Shown one piece after another: positions 1 to 14,024 of a DNA stretch of 64,000 nt. Source of the DNA: Octopus vulgaris (lineage: Eukaryota); contig OX597836.1 of the NCBI GenBank assembly GCA_951406725.2, forward strand, positions 22,940,001 through 23,004,000. Reading direction: 5' to 3'. The notes beneath the pieces are model-generated. The model was not told the origin of the DNA, made no database searches, and saw only the letters and a program-made list of their open reading frames with translations. How positions within the stretch are numbered: position 1 is the stretch's first letter; the number at the start of each line of letters is the position of its first letter. The translations under genes were made by a program, and so were the position numbers.

Positions 1-705
1 CAGATTGGGTTTATTTACATTTGTGAAGAAAAAAAGATAGCCTTCCCCCCAGCCCTAACTAACCCTAACCTAAAACAGATTGAAATGCAATAGATCGATA
101 CTAGGGTCATAATTATGGGTGACAATTTCATGACACCGCTAGAAAAAACTGCCGTTCAAACCGAAAAGATCCCAAAATGTTTGTTACCTGTCACACAACA
201 GGTAATGTTGGAAACATACTTTTGTAACTGTTGGTAGTGTTTAACTATTAATTAATAAATATTTAAACAGTACTGTTGTTATTGATAAAGTATATGTTGC
301 CAACACTTTCCTATTCTTCAAGGAAGATGTTATATTTTTATTTCAGAGGAATTCAAAAGCACAGAGCTAGTGGGTAATTTGTCAAGACATGTCAACAAAC
401 ATCACCAGTCGCAGCCCAGCCACGAATGATAATGTCCACTGACTGTAGCAGAACTGCAAACAGTGACATCACCATTTGTAGCCATACCGCAATATAGGTT
501 GGAAACATTCATACAGACATATATACATTATTGTCATCATTTTATCTACCTTTTCTTCAACATCTACCTTTTCATGCTTATGTTGATCAGACAGAATTTA
601 CTGTGGCTGATTTTTTCATGGTTAGATACCCTCCCTAGTTCCAATCAACATAATATTTGCCCACAGCTGTATATATTACTAGAGAAGAATTAATACAAAC
701 GATAC

Positions 706-1097
706 GTAGGAGTGGCTGTGTGGTAAGTAGCTTGCTTACCAACCACATGGTTCTGGGTTCAGTCCCACTGCGTGGCACCTTGGGCAAGTGTCTTCTGCTA
801 TAGCCTCGGGCTGACCAAAGCCTTGTGAGTGGATTTGGTAGACGGAAACTGAAAGAAGTCCGTTGTATATATGTATATATATGTGTGTGTGTGTTTGCGT
901 GTCTGTGTTTGTCCCCCCAACACCGCTTGACAACCGATGCTGGTGTGTTTACGTCCCCGTAACTTAGCGGTTCAGCAAAAGAGACCAATAGAATAAGTAC
1001 TAGGCTTACAAAGAATAAGTCCTGGGGTCGATTTGCTCGACTAAAGGCGGTGCTCCAGCATGGCCAGTCAAATGACTGAAACAAGTAAAAGAGTAAG
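706..1097 (+). mobile_element. tRNA-derived SINE family A (cephalopod-type) with internal (TA)/(TG) tract
   Basis: A/B-box-like head GGCTGTGTGGT...GGTTCAGTCCC; more than 10 copies in the window; ends GAAACAAGTAAAAGAG. Confidence 0.85.
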
Positions 1098-1264
1098 ATA
1101 CACACCTTTTACAACTTTTACGTGGTTTCAAGGCAAAAAGAATACACATACACTCTTGCAGATACATACACACACACACAAAAAAAAACCTCTCTAAGTT
1201 TCTATCTACCAAATCCACTCACAGGGTTTTGATTGGCCAGGACAAAAACACTATGACAAAATTT

Positions 1265-1710
1265 TTTTTTGTCTTTGGTCAACAAGTGTTATTCCTATTT
1301 GCTTATATCTAGAAATCAAAGGAAAGTACTACTATTCCCTTCAAACTTTGGTTTGTGACCGGGACACCAATGTTTTGAAACTGACCTATTTTCCATTACA
1401 TTTCACACAGATTCAGCACCGAGTTGCTGAAGCAGAAATATCGTTATAGCAAATATTCTGCTCAATATCACAGATTTGCTTGTCAGGTGCTTGGCTTTAA
1501 CCACTTGAGCATGTCTCTTAGTGGCTGACAATATGTGCATCTCTGATCATGAGCAGGAGTAATGGGGGAACATCATAGCCATGTGCCGAGAGGGATTCTT
1601 TAGGGCTCAAATAAATGTAACCAAAGTAAAGTTTGAAGGAAATATTAGCCATTTTTCATACTTTCTAGAGGATAGCAAATAGGAAACAACAGTAGCTACC
1701 CCAGAACAAA
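1265..1710. mobile_element. Diverged MITE with ~90-bp imperfect TIRs, nested in a SINE
   Basis: TTCCTATTTGCT...CTAGAAA...CCTTCAAACTTT mirrored at 1615-1710; SINE sequence resumes after 1720. Confidence 0.6.
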
Positions 1711-1887
1711 TATCACAATGTTATAGAAGACACTTGTCCAAGGTGTCAAGCAATGGAACTGAACCTGAAATCACATGCTTAGGAAGTGAACGTTTTAACC
1801 ACATGGCCATGCCTATGCTTGCTGAAATAAAAAAGACTGAAGAAAAGCTTCAAGTAAAAATAAAATAGAAATGGTTTTGTCTCTTAC

Positions 1888-2042
1888 GTCTTTTGTTTAA
1901 ACCAAACACCTTTATGTGTTTCTCTTCAGCAGTGGCAGATTCCGTTTCCATTTTGGCTGGAATGATTCCACCACCACCATCATCATCATCATCACCATCT
2001 TCTTGTTCTTCTATCTTGTTGTGCTTCTTCCACTGTTCATAA
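1888..2042 (-). CDS. DDX54: DDX54 exon 19, YEQWKKHNKIEEQEDGDDDDD...GLNKR; terminal exon lies outside the window
   Basis: Y..WK...KI followed by an acidic tract; donor GTAAGA at 1887 (an alternative GT near 1908 cannot be excluded). Confidence 0.85.
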
Positions 2043-3024
2043 GTGATAGGAATTAAGGAAACAAACAACACCGTATGAATGAGCCTTTTGTTTACCAAGA
2101 TCATGTACCATATCCAAGAAGCTCTGGCATGCATTGGTGGCGGATTGTAAGCAGAGGACACTGCTTGTATCAGCAGTAAGACTGTTGTTTACAGTCAGCA
2201 AATACACACGAAAAGGAGGGAAAATAATACAATCTCATTCACAGAAACCACACAGATAGATATATATATATATATATATACTAGAAGACAAACCCGGCCT
2301 TGCTCGGGATTAAAATGCATTATTATTGTTTTACTTGTTTCGGTATTTACAACCCGGTTTTATTCGGGTCTACGTGGGCCACATTTTAAAAGATGAAGAA
2401 TGTTGCTCTGGAGACCACGCGTTTCAAATGAATAAACTTAAAATTGTTATGCAAACTCGCCAGCACTTTTAACATAGGTGTGCAAATTTTCAGCTCAATC
2501 CAACCACATATGCACACATTATATATATATATACATACACATTAAATATATATGCACATATATATGCATTATATACATATATATACATAAATCGGCACAA
2601 ACTTTCCGGACAACCCAATAATATCTCCAGACATGTTTCCATGGAAAACTGGAAACAAATACACTACTTGTATGTGACACTTGTTTACAATTATCACAAG
2701 ATGTCAAGACACTAATATATCTAACACGATACGTGTGTGTGTTGTGTGTGCACTTTCACACTTCACATCAAGAAATTTGTTTCATGTCAAGAATCTAGCA
2801 AAACAAATACATAAAAATGACCAAGTTATTTTACTAAAGTCTCCATTATTTTCAAAAGTATCATGGGATGTCAAAACTATAGGTAGAGCATTTCAATAGA
2901 AATATGGTAACAAAACGGTTAATAATAAGAACAGCCAGATGCTTTCATTGGTGAAAGCTGGCAGCTATAATGGTACCATCAGGCTAGGGGACACAAGCTG
3001 ATGTTGAACGTAAACAAAGGATAT
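2043..3024 (-). other. DDX54: U12-type (minor spliceosome) AT-AC intron, DDX54 intron 18
   Basis: 5' ATATCCTTTG at 3024; branch site TTCCTTAAT at 2060-2052; terminal AC 10 nt after the branch A; splicing restores YKSNFYEQWKK. Confidence 0.95.
2281..2520 (-). mobile_element. Helitron 3' end inside the AT-AC intron
   Basis: CCCGAGCAAGGCCGGG hairpin followed by TTTGTCTTCTAG|T; 5' boundary uncertain. Confidence 0.65.
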
Positions 3025-3135
3025 AAGTTGGATTTGTATGATGCTGGAATTAAGGCTCCACTCTCAGTCCTTACTTTCTTTGGTTCCTTGCTCAGGACAG
3101 CATTCTTTGATAAAAACTTCTTCTTTTTCCGATCC
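3025..3135 (-). CDS. DDX54: DDX54 exon 18, DRKKKKF...KKVRTESGALIPASYKSN (DBP10CT), ends at an AT-AC donor
   Basis: WDRKKK.F...K..TESG..I..SYK is the DBP10CT signature; followed by ATATCCTTT. Confidence 0.95.
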
Positions 3136-3938
3136 CTATAACGAAGAGAACAAGACAGATTAACATAAGCAAAATTTCAAAGTCACTATCAACCATTTTC
3201 TTAAAAACAGTTACTTTATACACACACACACACATGCATGCATGCAGACATACAAACATACATACATATCTTTTCACCAATAGTGAAACATTTCAAAAAA
3301 ATCGAAGTGAGTGTGGGGGGAATCTCCAAAACTTTGCAGTGCTAAGATATCAAGTAAAATAATGTCAAATAGGGTAACTCGATTGCTTAAATAGTGAAGT
3401 CATGTTTTTCTGAATGTACTAATGAGATTTGCACTGAAATTCACATTTAAATTTGATTGGATTATTTTAGCTGTTACTGTAGAAGATAATTGTCCAAGGT
3501 ATTGCCCATGGGACTGAACCCCAAGACTATGTGATTGGGAATTAACCCTTTTATTACCAACCTGGCTGTAAACATGCAAGAATTTTCCTGGGTTGGTAAC
3601 ACAACCCAGGAAAATTCTTGCATGTTTACATACATACAAATCTTTCTTCTATCTTTTACTTGTTTCAGTCATTAGACAGCAGCCATGCTGGGGCACTGCC
3701 TTAAGGAATTTTAGCTGAACAACTCAACCATAGTATTTATTTTCTATGCCTGGTTCTTATTCTGTCAGTAGCTTTTGCCAAACTGTTAAATTATGGGGAC
3801 ATAAACACACCAACAACTGTCAAGGGGTGGCAGGGAACAAACAGAGAAAAAGACATGCACACACGTGTGTGTGTCTGAACCACCACCACCACCACCACCA
3901 CTACCATTACAGCAAAAAGAGAAACTCAAATGAATTAC

Positions 3939-4043
3939 CATTTCATTTTATACTGCATCTTCTGCATTTGATTCACTTCGTCTCCAGTAACCTCAAACCC
4001 ACATGCTGTGGCTTCATTTTGAAAGTTGTTTTCAATGTTAAGG
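3939..4043 (-). CDS. DDX54: DDX54 exon 17, LNIENNFQNEATACGFEVTGDEVNQMQKMQYKMKW
   Basis: Start of the DBP10CT-like region (GDE...KW); phase 2-2. Confidence 0.9.
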
Positions 4044-6287
4044 CTGAGAGAAGAAAAAAAAAAATTTTAAAAGATAAGAACGAAAAAAACATGAAAACAT
4101 TAGGGCAAAATTTCATGGACAAAAACTGTGGAAGTTTATCATGTATACATTCGTGTGTGAATAAGGTAAGTGAGCATCTGTGTGTGTAAGTAAATATGTG
4201 TGTGCGTGTGTGTGTGTACATCTGTGAATCTTTCCTGGTATCTTCCCATGTGAGCATAAACAGTGACAGAGGTTGTATTTCTTGTAAACAAAATGTTTTG
4301 TAACTCTACACCAGTTTCATAAATTTCGTGTGAAGACCATCATCGTCATTTAATGCCTGTATCTGTTGCCGGCAAGAGTTGGCCAGTTCAACAGGATCTG
4401 GCGAGCTTGAGAGCTATGTTGGTCCCTAATGTCTGCTTTGGAAAGGTTTCTATGGCTGGACAAGTATGACAGGATCTGACAAGCTTGAGGGCTATGTTGG
4501 TCCTTAATGTCTTCTTTGGCAGTGGTTTCTATAGCTGAATGTCCTTCCTAATGCCAATCACTTTATGGAGTATACTGGGTGCTTTTTACATGGCAACAGC
4601 ATGAATGGGATCATTGAGTAACATGCAAGACAAGATTCTTTCACAGAGGGAGGTAACTTTGTGCCAGGTGTAGAGAGGTTTAACGTATGACAACAAGAAA
4701 CTGGTGTCATGCTGTAGAAGAGATGCATGGGTGTCTCTCTTTGGTCATGAATGACCATGGGATTGCACCTAGAAAGTTCCCATCCAAGGAACAAGTCTGT
4801 GCAAGGTTATTTATAGAAGACCAGCAGTCACCCATGCATACCAGCCTCCCCTCTCCACCAGTGTTATCCAAGAGAAAGGCAAAGGGGCCGATACAGCTTG
4901 GCACCTGTAATGTTGCAACTCATTTCTACAGCTGAGTGAACTGGAGCAGTGTGAAATAAAGCGTCTTGCTCAAGAATACAACACACAACAGTCTGAGAAT
5001 CAAACTCACAACCTTATGATTGTGAGCCCAACGCTCTAACCACTAAGCCATGTGCCTTCACTAGGAAGGGGGAAAGGATCGTGGAAATGAGGTGGAATAA
5101 GAATAGCCTATCATCATCATCGTTTAACATTTGTTTCCCATGCTCTCGTGGGTAAGATGCTTTGAGTGGGGCTGGTAAGCCGGAGAGCTGCATTGGGCTC
5201 AATTCTATTTTGGTTTGGTTTCTATGGCTGGATGCCCTTCCTTACACCAACCACTCCACAGAGTGTACCGGGTTTCTTCTTACAAGTCTCTGACACAGGT
5301 GCCTTTAACATGTCGCCAGCACAGATGACTTATATGTGGCACTGGCCACAATTATGATTTTGCTAAGCTTAACGTGTCTTCTCAAGCCTACATGAGAAAA
5401 AAAAAGTGCATCTAGCCATAACTTTCATCCAGCCCTATGGTAAAGACTCCCTGCAATCATGAATGACCATGGGATTGCACCTAGAAAGTTCCCCTCTGAG
5501 GCACAAGTCTGTGCAAGATTGTTTATGGAAGACCAGCAGTCACCCATGCATACCAGCCTCTCCTATCCACCCCAATGGCAACATGGAAAAAGAGTAGATT
5601 TAGAAATGACCAATGATGATTTTGCAACCATATTTCTAGTGGAATGTACTGATTATGTGTCTTAATAAAATTTTGTAAATATTTTTGAATTTGCAATTAG
5701 GAAAATAAGCAACTTCAGGTATGGCTGTATAGTTGAGAGATTTGCTTGCCCATCATGTAGTTTCAGGTTCAATCCCTCTGCATGGTACTTTAGGTAAGTA
5801 TAACTTTCAGCTATTAGCCCCAGACTGACAAAAGCCTTGTGAATAAATTTGGTAGATGAAAACTGAAAGAAGTCCACTGCAAGCATGCATGAATGTGTTG
5901 CCAGCTTCTTGTTTCTATGATGGAGAAGTGCCACTGGCATAGTATTAATTAGGACGGATCTCAACTTGTCAGGAAGTGATCCACACATTGTGGTCTCAAA
6001 GGTATCAACTACAGCATACATGAAATGTGACCTGCAGGATCAGGCAATGAAACTGCAACAAAGTGCCATCAGCCCAGGTATTGCTTGAGCTGTGCCTTCA
6101 CAGTCAGTCTATCTGGCATTTCCATCATTCCCCAGTTCACCTATAGAGATCATACATCTTCATTACTTGTTCTGTTGTTGGGGACTTCAGCTATTTTCGC
6201 AAGATATGCCTAGATCGATGGAAACAGAGTCTCGTCATTAAGTTTGTTTTAGCTGGGGCAGTCTTACTACTTAAATCAGTGTATATA

Positions 6288-6667
6288 CACTTGCGTCAGA
6301 AATTAATTAGCACTTCTCAAATTTCTACATTAAATAGGTTAAATTAATTAACCTATGAGCTGTTCAAAACGTCTTACGCGATGAGAAAACTTAGTATGGT
6401 GTGATTTCGGTCCTTGCGAGGCGCTACCTATATCTATTAAACAAAGGAAGATTTGTCTGCATCCGCACTCCAAGTTGTTGTTGCACTGCTATGTCAACAT
6501 CATAAGGGTGTAGACTCTCAAACTGCTCTGCAAACAAAGTTACGTCATCGTTCTGCGCAACAGTGAACTCACAACAAAGCAATAGTTCGAGATATGGCCA
6601 CTAGGTGACAGCACATACCTTGAGTGAAGAGCAAATCAAGGGTGCTAATTAATTTCTGACGGTAGTG
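6288..6667. mobile_element. Tc1/mariner-type MITE
   Basis: ~26-bp TIRs CACT..CGTCAGAAATTAATTAGCAC; TA on both flanks. Confidence 0.85.
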
Positions 6668-6850
6668 TACATACAGGATTTAGAAACAGCAACCGAATCT
6701 ATATCATCATCATCATCGATATTATTATTTAACATCCATGTTCCATGATGGTCTGGCTTGGACATTTCGACAGGATTTGATGAGATCAAAAACTGCACTG
6801 AACTCCAATATCTGCTGGATGCTCTTCCAAACACCAACTACTTTATAGTC

Positions 6851-7080
6851 TCTTTACTCTTTTATACTCTTTTACTTGTTTCAGTCATTTGACTGCGGCC
6901 ATGCTGGAGCACCGCCTTTAATCGAGCAACTCGACCCCGGGACTTATTCTTTTTGTAAGCCCAGTACTTATTCTATCGGTCTCTTTTGCCGAACTGCTAA
7001 GTAACGGGAACATAAACACACCAGCATCGGTTGTCAAGCAATGCTAGGGAGACAAACACAGACACACAACACACACATGC

Positions 7081-7114
<34 letters not shown>

Positions 7115-7277
7115 GACAGGCTTCTTTCAGTTTCCGTCTACCAAATCCACTCACAAGGCTTTGGTCGGCCCGAGGCTATGGAAGAAGACACTTGCCCAAG
7201 GTGCCACGCAGTGGGACTGAACCCAGAACCATGTGGTTGGTAAACAAGCTACTTACCACACAGCCACTCCTGCGCCT
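6851..7277 (-). mobile_element. SINE family A, full length
   Basis: Reverse complement of the 706-1097 consensus. Confidence 0.85.
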
Positions 7278-7283
7278 GTGGTG

Positions 7284-7317
<34 letters not shown>

Positions 7318-7346
7318 TAATAGAATGAAAGCAGTGTTGAACTTAC

Positions 7347-7489
7347 GACTTCTCACTGTTATAATCAGCAGGACAATATCGAACATAGTTCTCTTCATCT
7401 TTCACTGACTTTGCAGATTTTGCATTCTTCACCTTTTTTACAAAAGCCTTCTTTGATGGTTTTGACACAACTACAGAGCTGAAAACATC
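7347..7489 (-). CDS. DDX54: DDX54 exon 16, DVFSSVV...KDEENYVRYCPADYNSEKS
   Basis: D.E.Y..Y.P.D..SE motif; canonical splice sites; phase 0 to 2. Confidence 0.9.
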
Positions 7490-8329
7490 CTGAAAATAAT
7501 AGCAGGAATTAGACTTCAAAAAAGAAAAGAAAAGAATTTAAAAACAATAATAATTTCTAATCAGGCCAAACAAGACTTTAGATTTATTCCATTCCTGTCT
7601 TATTACCTTGCTTGGAATCAGGTGAGAGTTGGTGACAGTTAAGGTATATTTTTGTGTGCCGGTGTTTGTTCACCCCAACATCGCTTGACAACTAATGGTG
7701 GTGTGTTTACGTCCCTTTAACTTAGAGGTTCAGCAAAAGAGACTGATAGAATAAGTACTAGGCTTCCAAAGAGTAAGTCCTGGGGTCGATTTGCTCGACT
7801 AAAGGCGGTGCTCCAGCATGGCTGCAGTCAAATGACTGAAATGAGTGAAACAGTAAAACTGCAGTTTTAGGCCAGTTACGAGGCTATCTTCACCAAAAGA
7901 CAAATGAAAACCCCTCAGTAGGCCCTGTAAAGTGGATGGCCCAAGAAAGGGCCACCAGACATAGAAACCATGCCAAAGTAAACATTGGAGCATGAAGCAG
8001 TCCTCTTATGTGTCAGTTGCTCTCAAACCTATTTCTTTATTACCCACATGGGGCTAAACATAGAAGGGACAAACAAGGACAGACATAGGTATTGAGTCGA
8101 TTACATCGACCCCAGTGCGTAACTGGTACTTAATTTATCGACCCCGAAAGGATGAAAGGTAAAGTCGACCTCGGCGGAATTTGAACTCACAACGTAACGG
8201 CAGACGAAATACCGCTAAGTATTTCGCCCGACGTGCTAACGCTTCTACCATCCAACCTAAGCCAGAACGGAAGGCAAACATTAATTGATGGAGATGAGAA
8301 TGGGCGAAAGGAGATAAACAAATATTTAC

Positions 8330-8536
8330 CTCAATGTTAGCTTCATCAACAGCATCATCAGCAGCTGTTACAGAACTTTCTGGATTAGCATCCGCCTTCA
8401 TCATCTCTTCTTCAGCGATCTTGTCTTCCTTCTTGGTGATGGTCCGCTTGATTGTACGATCGTGGTGCCTCCTCTTCTCTTTCATCATCTCCAGCTGTTT
8501 TGTACTTTTGTTGTTGGCACAAATTTCAAACACCGT
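8330..8536 (-). CDS. DDX54: DDX54 exon 15, TVFEICANNK...EMMKEKRRHHD...EANIE
   Basis: T.FEI and M..KR motifs; 207 nt, phase 0-0. Confidence 0.9.
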
Positions 8537-8777
8537 CTGTAAGGGATTTTTTTATAACAACAACAATGATAATTAGAATAATAATTAATTAAGACAAAAT
8601 TTGTAAATTTACTTTATACATTGCAAGTTAAAGACTTCCCTATACTTGATATTTCATTTTATTTTGCCCCCTTCAGCATTTAAACCAGCCAAAATATTTT
8701 CCCTGTTTTATGTTCAAGCTGGCCAGATCAGATTTCTCAGACCTACCTGCAACGTCATTTAAAAAAAATTAACAGTT

Positions 8778-9921
<1,144 letters not shown>

Positions 9922-10089
9922 TACCTCATCAAAACCTCAAAGCTACAAGATAATACATGATTAATTCAAGACAATGAGAATAGATAAGCATTACTTTTGA
10001 CAGAATAATGTGAAAGCTAAAAGGTTAATCACCATTACTAGTTTTATCATGTATAATATAACTAACAACTACAGGTAAAATTTAGTATA

Positions 10090-10493
10090 CTCTTACTCTT
10101 TTACTCGTTTCAGTCATTTGACTGTGGCCATGCTGTAGCACCGCCTTTTAGTCGAGCAAATCGACCCCAGGATTTATTCTTTGTAAGCCTAATACTTATT
10201 CTATCGGTCTCTTTTGCCAAACCGCTAAGTGACGGGGACAAAAACACACCAGCATCGGTTGTCAAGCGACAAACACAGACATACAAACATACATGCACAC
10301 ATATATATATATATATATACATATATACGACGGGCTTCTTTCAGTTTCCGTCTACCAAATCCACTCACAAGGCTTTGGTCGGCCCGAGGCTATAGTAGAA
10401 GACACTTGCCCAAGGTGCCACGCAGTGGGACTGAACCCGGAACCATGTGGTTGGTAAACAAGCTACTTACCACACAGCCACTCCTGCGCCTAT
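10090..10493 (-). mobile_element. SINE family A
   Basis: Matches the family consensus. Confidence 0.85.
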
Positions 10494-10859
10494 GCTAATT
10501 ATATTACCTCACCATGCCCTAAACCTTAATGCTCCCTTGGGAACAATACCACCCACATTGAGAAATTCTGCTCTAAGTGATAGAGATCCTGCAAATATTT
10601 GATAGGTTTTTTTTTTAAGGGTGGAGCTTGTATAAAGCTGAGGTAATAACTTACAATCCAAGGAAAAGCCTCTATGATCTATAGGGAAAGGGCTTACTCA
10701 ACTGCAAGAAATAGTAGCCATGTTTCCCTCACATCACACCCTACTTTACAAAACAAAACAATATACACATAGGACAACATTGTCAAATGGTCAAATCTGA
10801 AATGTCTTTGATCATGGGGCTGATCTGAGGATAAATAACAATAACAACAACACACTCAC

Positions 10860-10933
10860 CAAATTGGCTTTGTACTTATGTAAGGCATTCATAAAATCTG
10901 CACGTTTCAGGTCATTTTTGGATATATGTTCAC
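10860..10933 (-). CDS. DDX54: DDX54 exon 14, EHISKNDLKRADFMNALHKYKANL
   Basis: CAG acceptor, GTGAG donor, phase 1 to 0. Confidence 0.88.
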
Positions 10934-11639
10934 CTGAAGAAGAGGACACATTGATGGAAAGAATAAATTAGCAAGAATACCAATCAATATGTGGCGTCAA
11001 CAAAAACATAGCTATAAATTTATCCTAGGTATGGTGAGGTGGTTAAGTAGTTGGATTTTTAACCTGATGGTTTTGGGTTCAATCCCAAGGTGTGACATCT
11101 TATTAAGATAGCTACTTCAATTCTAAGATTGTTTATGTTGTGTTCCATGGCTATGAAAAATTTGAGCTACCAGACCCAAGACCTTATCATACCAATCAGT
11201 CACAGGATGTATAAGTGTAATAAGTTTAAACCTTCATTAAACAAGAACTGCACAATGCAAATTGGTCATTCTCACAACAATAAAATGCACAAGTCACTAC
11301 CTTCTCTCACAAATCTGAGCAAAGATATCAGCTCTATACCTTCTCCTATATCCCCTACTATCCTAACGAAAGGGCTCTAACTCCAATATGTCAACGAAAT
11401 ACAATGTAAAACATTAACTGTTGTTCTGTTATCGTTCATTCTAAATAGATTTGACCTTGTGCCACATAAAAAGCACCTGGTACACTCAGTAAAGTGGTTG
11501 GCATTAGGAAGGGAATCCAGCCATAGAAACCATGCCAAAACAGACAGCAGAGCTTAGCACAGTCCTCTGGCTAGCCAGCTCCTGTTAAATTGTGCAACCC
11601 ATGCCAACATAGAAAATAGACAGATGATGGGATACACAC

Positions 11640-11675
<36 letters not shown>

Positions 11676-12159
11676 CAGACAATACTTCATGCAAACTATA
11701 TATATATATAAAAAGAAGCACTGGTTATAGAACAAACATTAAATTTGGGTCAACGACTTTACACAGAACCACCACCCCTCAAACATTTAATCATATATAA
11801 AAATCACCATGGTTCCCATACACATAAAAAATTATACATATACATAAAATCACAGAAGGTAAATATATATATATTCTAATAAAATACAAATAGAACAGCT
11901 TATCAAAAGTTAAATATAATGACTAAAAATTTCAAAGCTATCAAAAGGCCTAATGGACAAATATAAAATAAAGATAAAAATAAAATAAAATAAGTGTCCA
12001 CTGACTAAAAAGATTTTTATCAGACGATTAAAATATTTAAAAAAAGTTTTTTAAAATTATCTGAAAAATATATTTGGGAAAGTTTTTTATTCCCCTCACA
12101 CAAGTACGTTCAAAGTTCATAATAAACAGATATCACCAGTCAAATTCCACATTCACATA

Positions 12160-12241
12160 TATCTATGGCCATTTTGGGAGATCACCTCCGCAGTTCCTTT
12201 ACAGTGAAGTGCATCACAGTGATGACCCCCTCATCAGGATA
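12160..12241 (-). ncRNA. Degenerate type-I hammerhead (G12A) in an AT-rich Penelope-like remnant
   Basis: TATC-CTGATGA-GGGGGTCATC...GGTGATCTCCC-AAAA-TGGCCA-TA-GATA. Confidence 0.55.
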
Positions 12242-12542
12242 AACATGAAAGAATGTACAGATCAAAACTTTTATGAAAAGCTTATATAACTTAAGAAGAA
12301 CCCACCAGCAGACCAGTCCAAATTTTCTATAGAAAATAAAAAGACTATTGCTAAACACACAGGTGGCTGTAGATAACAGAAATTTAACCTCATAAGCATA
12401 AAAAACAAAAATCTAATTATTCCAATATAAAATTTTAAATTATTTCAAAGGTTAAACTGAAATCTAGCAATAACTGAACCAAACTCACCACCCGTCATCC
12501 ACATCTCACCCTGCATCAAAAAGACATATCAGAAAAACTTAC

Positions 12543-12678
12543 AGAAAATAGGATGGATCCCAATATTGAGTGCTCCATTATCAAGTTCTTTCATTCTCTT
12601 CACAGACTCTCCAGCCGGTGGTGGTCGTGTCTTGACATACTGCTTGTAGGCTTTTTCACAGACTTGCGTCATATTTTG
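12543..12678 (-). CDS. DDX54: DDX54 exon 13, QNMTQVCEKAYKQYVKTRPPPAGESVKRMK...GIHPIF
   Basis: QY..RP.P..ES.KR.K...HP.F is conserved in DDX54; canonical splice sites. Confidence 0.93.
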
Positions 12679-13419
12679 CTGAAATGACAAAAAAAAAAAA
12701 AGAAAGAGAAAAATGTAAACCCACTGTAAGGGAGAGTAGCCTAGGTTATGGTGATATACCCCAGATATACCCTATATTGGTCATGGGCCACCCTAGAGAT
12801 CATAGCTTGTCCCATACAACTTAGTGTATGTCACAATCATGTTTTCACTCATTCTTCTTCCAACCAATGAAGACAAAGGAGTTTTTCATTGGTTACTTGT
12901 CCTGCTAGAAATGAAATGGTGACCAAATCTCCCTATATTTACAGTGTAGTCTTGCCTAAGCTACTACACATTCAGAGTGGACCTGAAACTACATGATTGC
13001 ACAGAAAGCTTGATCTAGGTGGAGGAAGTGGCCAAGTCAGAGCATCAGACAAAAACTTACATTTTGTTTAATGCTTGCATGGATCAGATTAAATTGGTTT
13101 CAGGCAGATTTTCTACCGTTACATGCTCTTCCTGTAGCTAATCCTCACCTGTTTCCAAGCTGGATAATACTTCCCTCATACCTAAGGCAGTGAGCTGGCA
13201 GAACCATTTGTGTACCAGGCAAAATACTTAGCGGCATTTTGTCCATCTTTAATATTCTCAGTTCAAATTCTGCCATAGTCAACTTAGCCTCTCATCCTTT
13301 CAGAGTTGATAAAGTAAGTACCAGTTGAAATCTGGGGTTGATGTAATCGACTTACACCCGTCTCCGAAATTGCTGGCATTGTGCCAAAATTTGAAACCAT
13401 TATTATTATTATTATTATT

Positions 13420-13640
13420 ATTCAGTAGTTTTATTTTTATAGCGTGCTTTCACTTCACTACCGAGCACAGCTCTGTGTGCCTTAGGTATGTGCTGTGATT
13501 TGTTGTGATGCTCTGATGGTTATTGTATGGAAAGCGTTCTGCGTAGGATGTGTGCAGTGCCTAGCAGTGCAATTTTCTGTATGTTATATGTGTTTGTAAG
13601 TCCTGGTGTTTTTGTTATGTATTTGTCTGAATATTTATTA
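13420..13640 (-). mobile_element. R4/Dong-like (RLE-type) LINE 3' end inserted in (TAA)n
   Basis: Translates to ...IQKIALLGTAHILRRTLSIQ*; (ATT)n on both flanks; second copy at 59370-59522. Confidence 0.75.
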
Positions 13641-13932
13641 TTATTATTATTATTGTTATTATTATTATTAAGTGGTGAGCTGGCAGAATTGTTAGCATGC
13701 TGTGCAAAATGCTTAGGGGAATTTCATCTGTCCTTACATTCTGAGTTCAAATTGCAGTGAGGCTGACTTTACCTTTTATCTTTTCAGAATCAATAAATTA
13801 AAATACCATTCAAATACTAGGGTCAATGTGATCAACTATCCCTCTCCAACAAATTTTAGGTCCTGTGCCTATAGTAGAAAGGATTTTTATTATTATTATC
13901 AGCGAAGAATTAATAAATAGTTTAATACTTAC

Positions 13933-14024
13933 AATATCGATGTTTTCTGTGTGCCACCGCGATAGTGTGTCCTGCCAGACATCGATCAGGGAACTTGGTA
14001 CCGAGCCAAGTAAACCGTCCTTAT
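13933..14024 (-). CDS. DDX54: DDX54 exon 12, DKDGLLGSVPSSLIDVWQDTLSRWHTENIDI
   Basis: TAG acceptor, GTAAGT donor, phase 1 to 0; resembles the DDX54 G.VP segment. Confidence 0.88.

Noticed and set aside
52-72. CCCTAA-like telomeric motifs
   Set aside because: Only two or three degenerate units, likely inside a truncated repeat; not a telomere
346-470. Exon-like unique sequence near the left edge, considered as the DDX54 last exon
   Set aside because: No minus-strand frame resembling the basic DDX54 C-terminus; the terminal exon probably lies outside the window
635-1105. Recurring ORFs with [24 protein letters not shown] or QIHSQGFG...EDTCPRCHAVG
   Set aside because: Antisense reading of SINE family A, present in more than 10 copies
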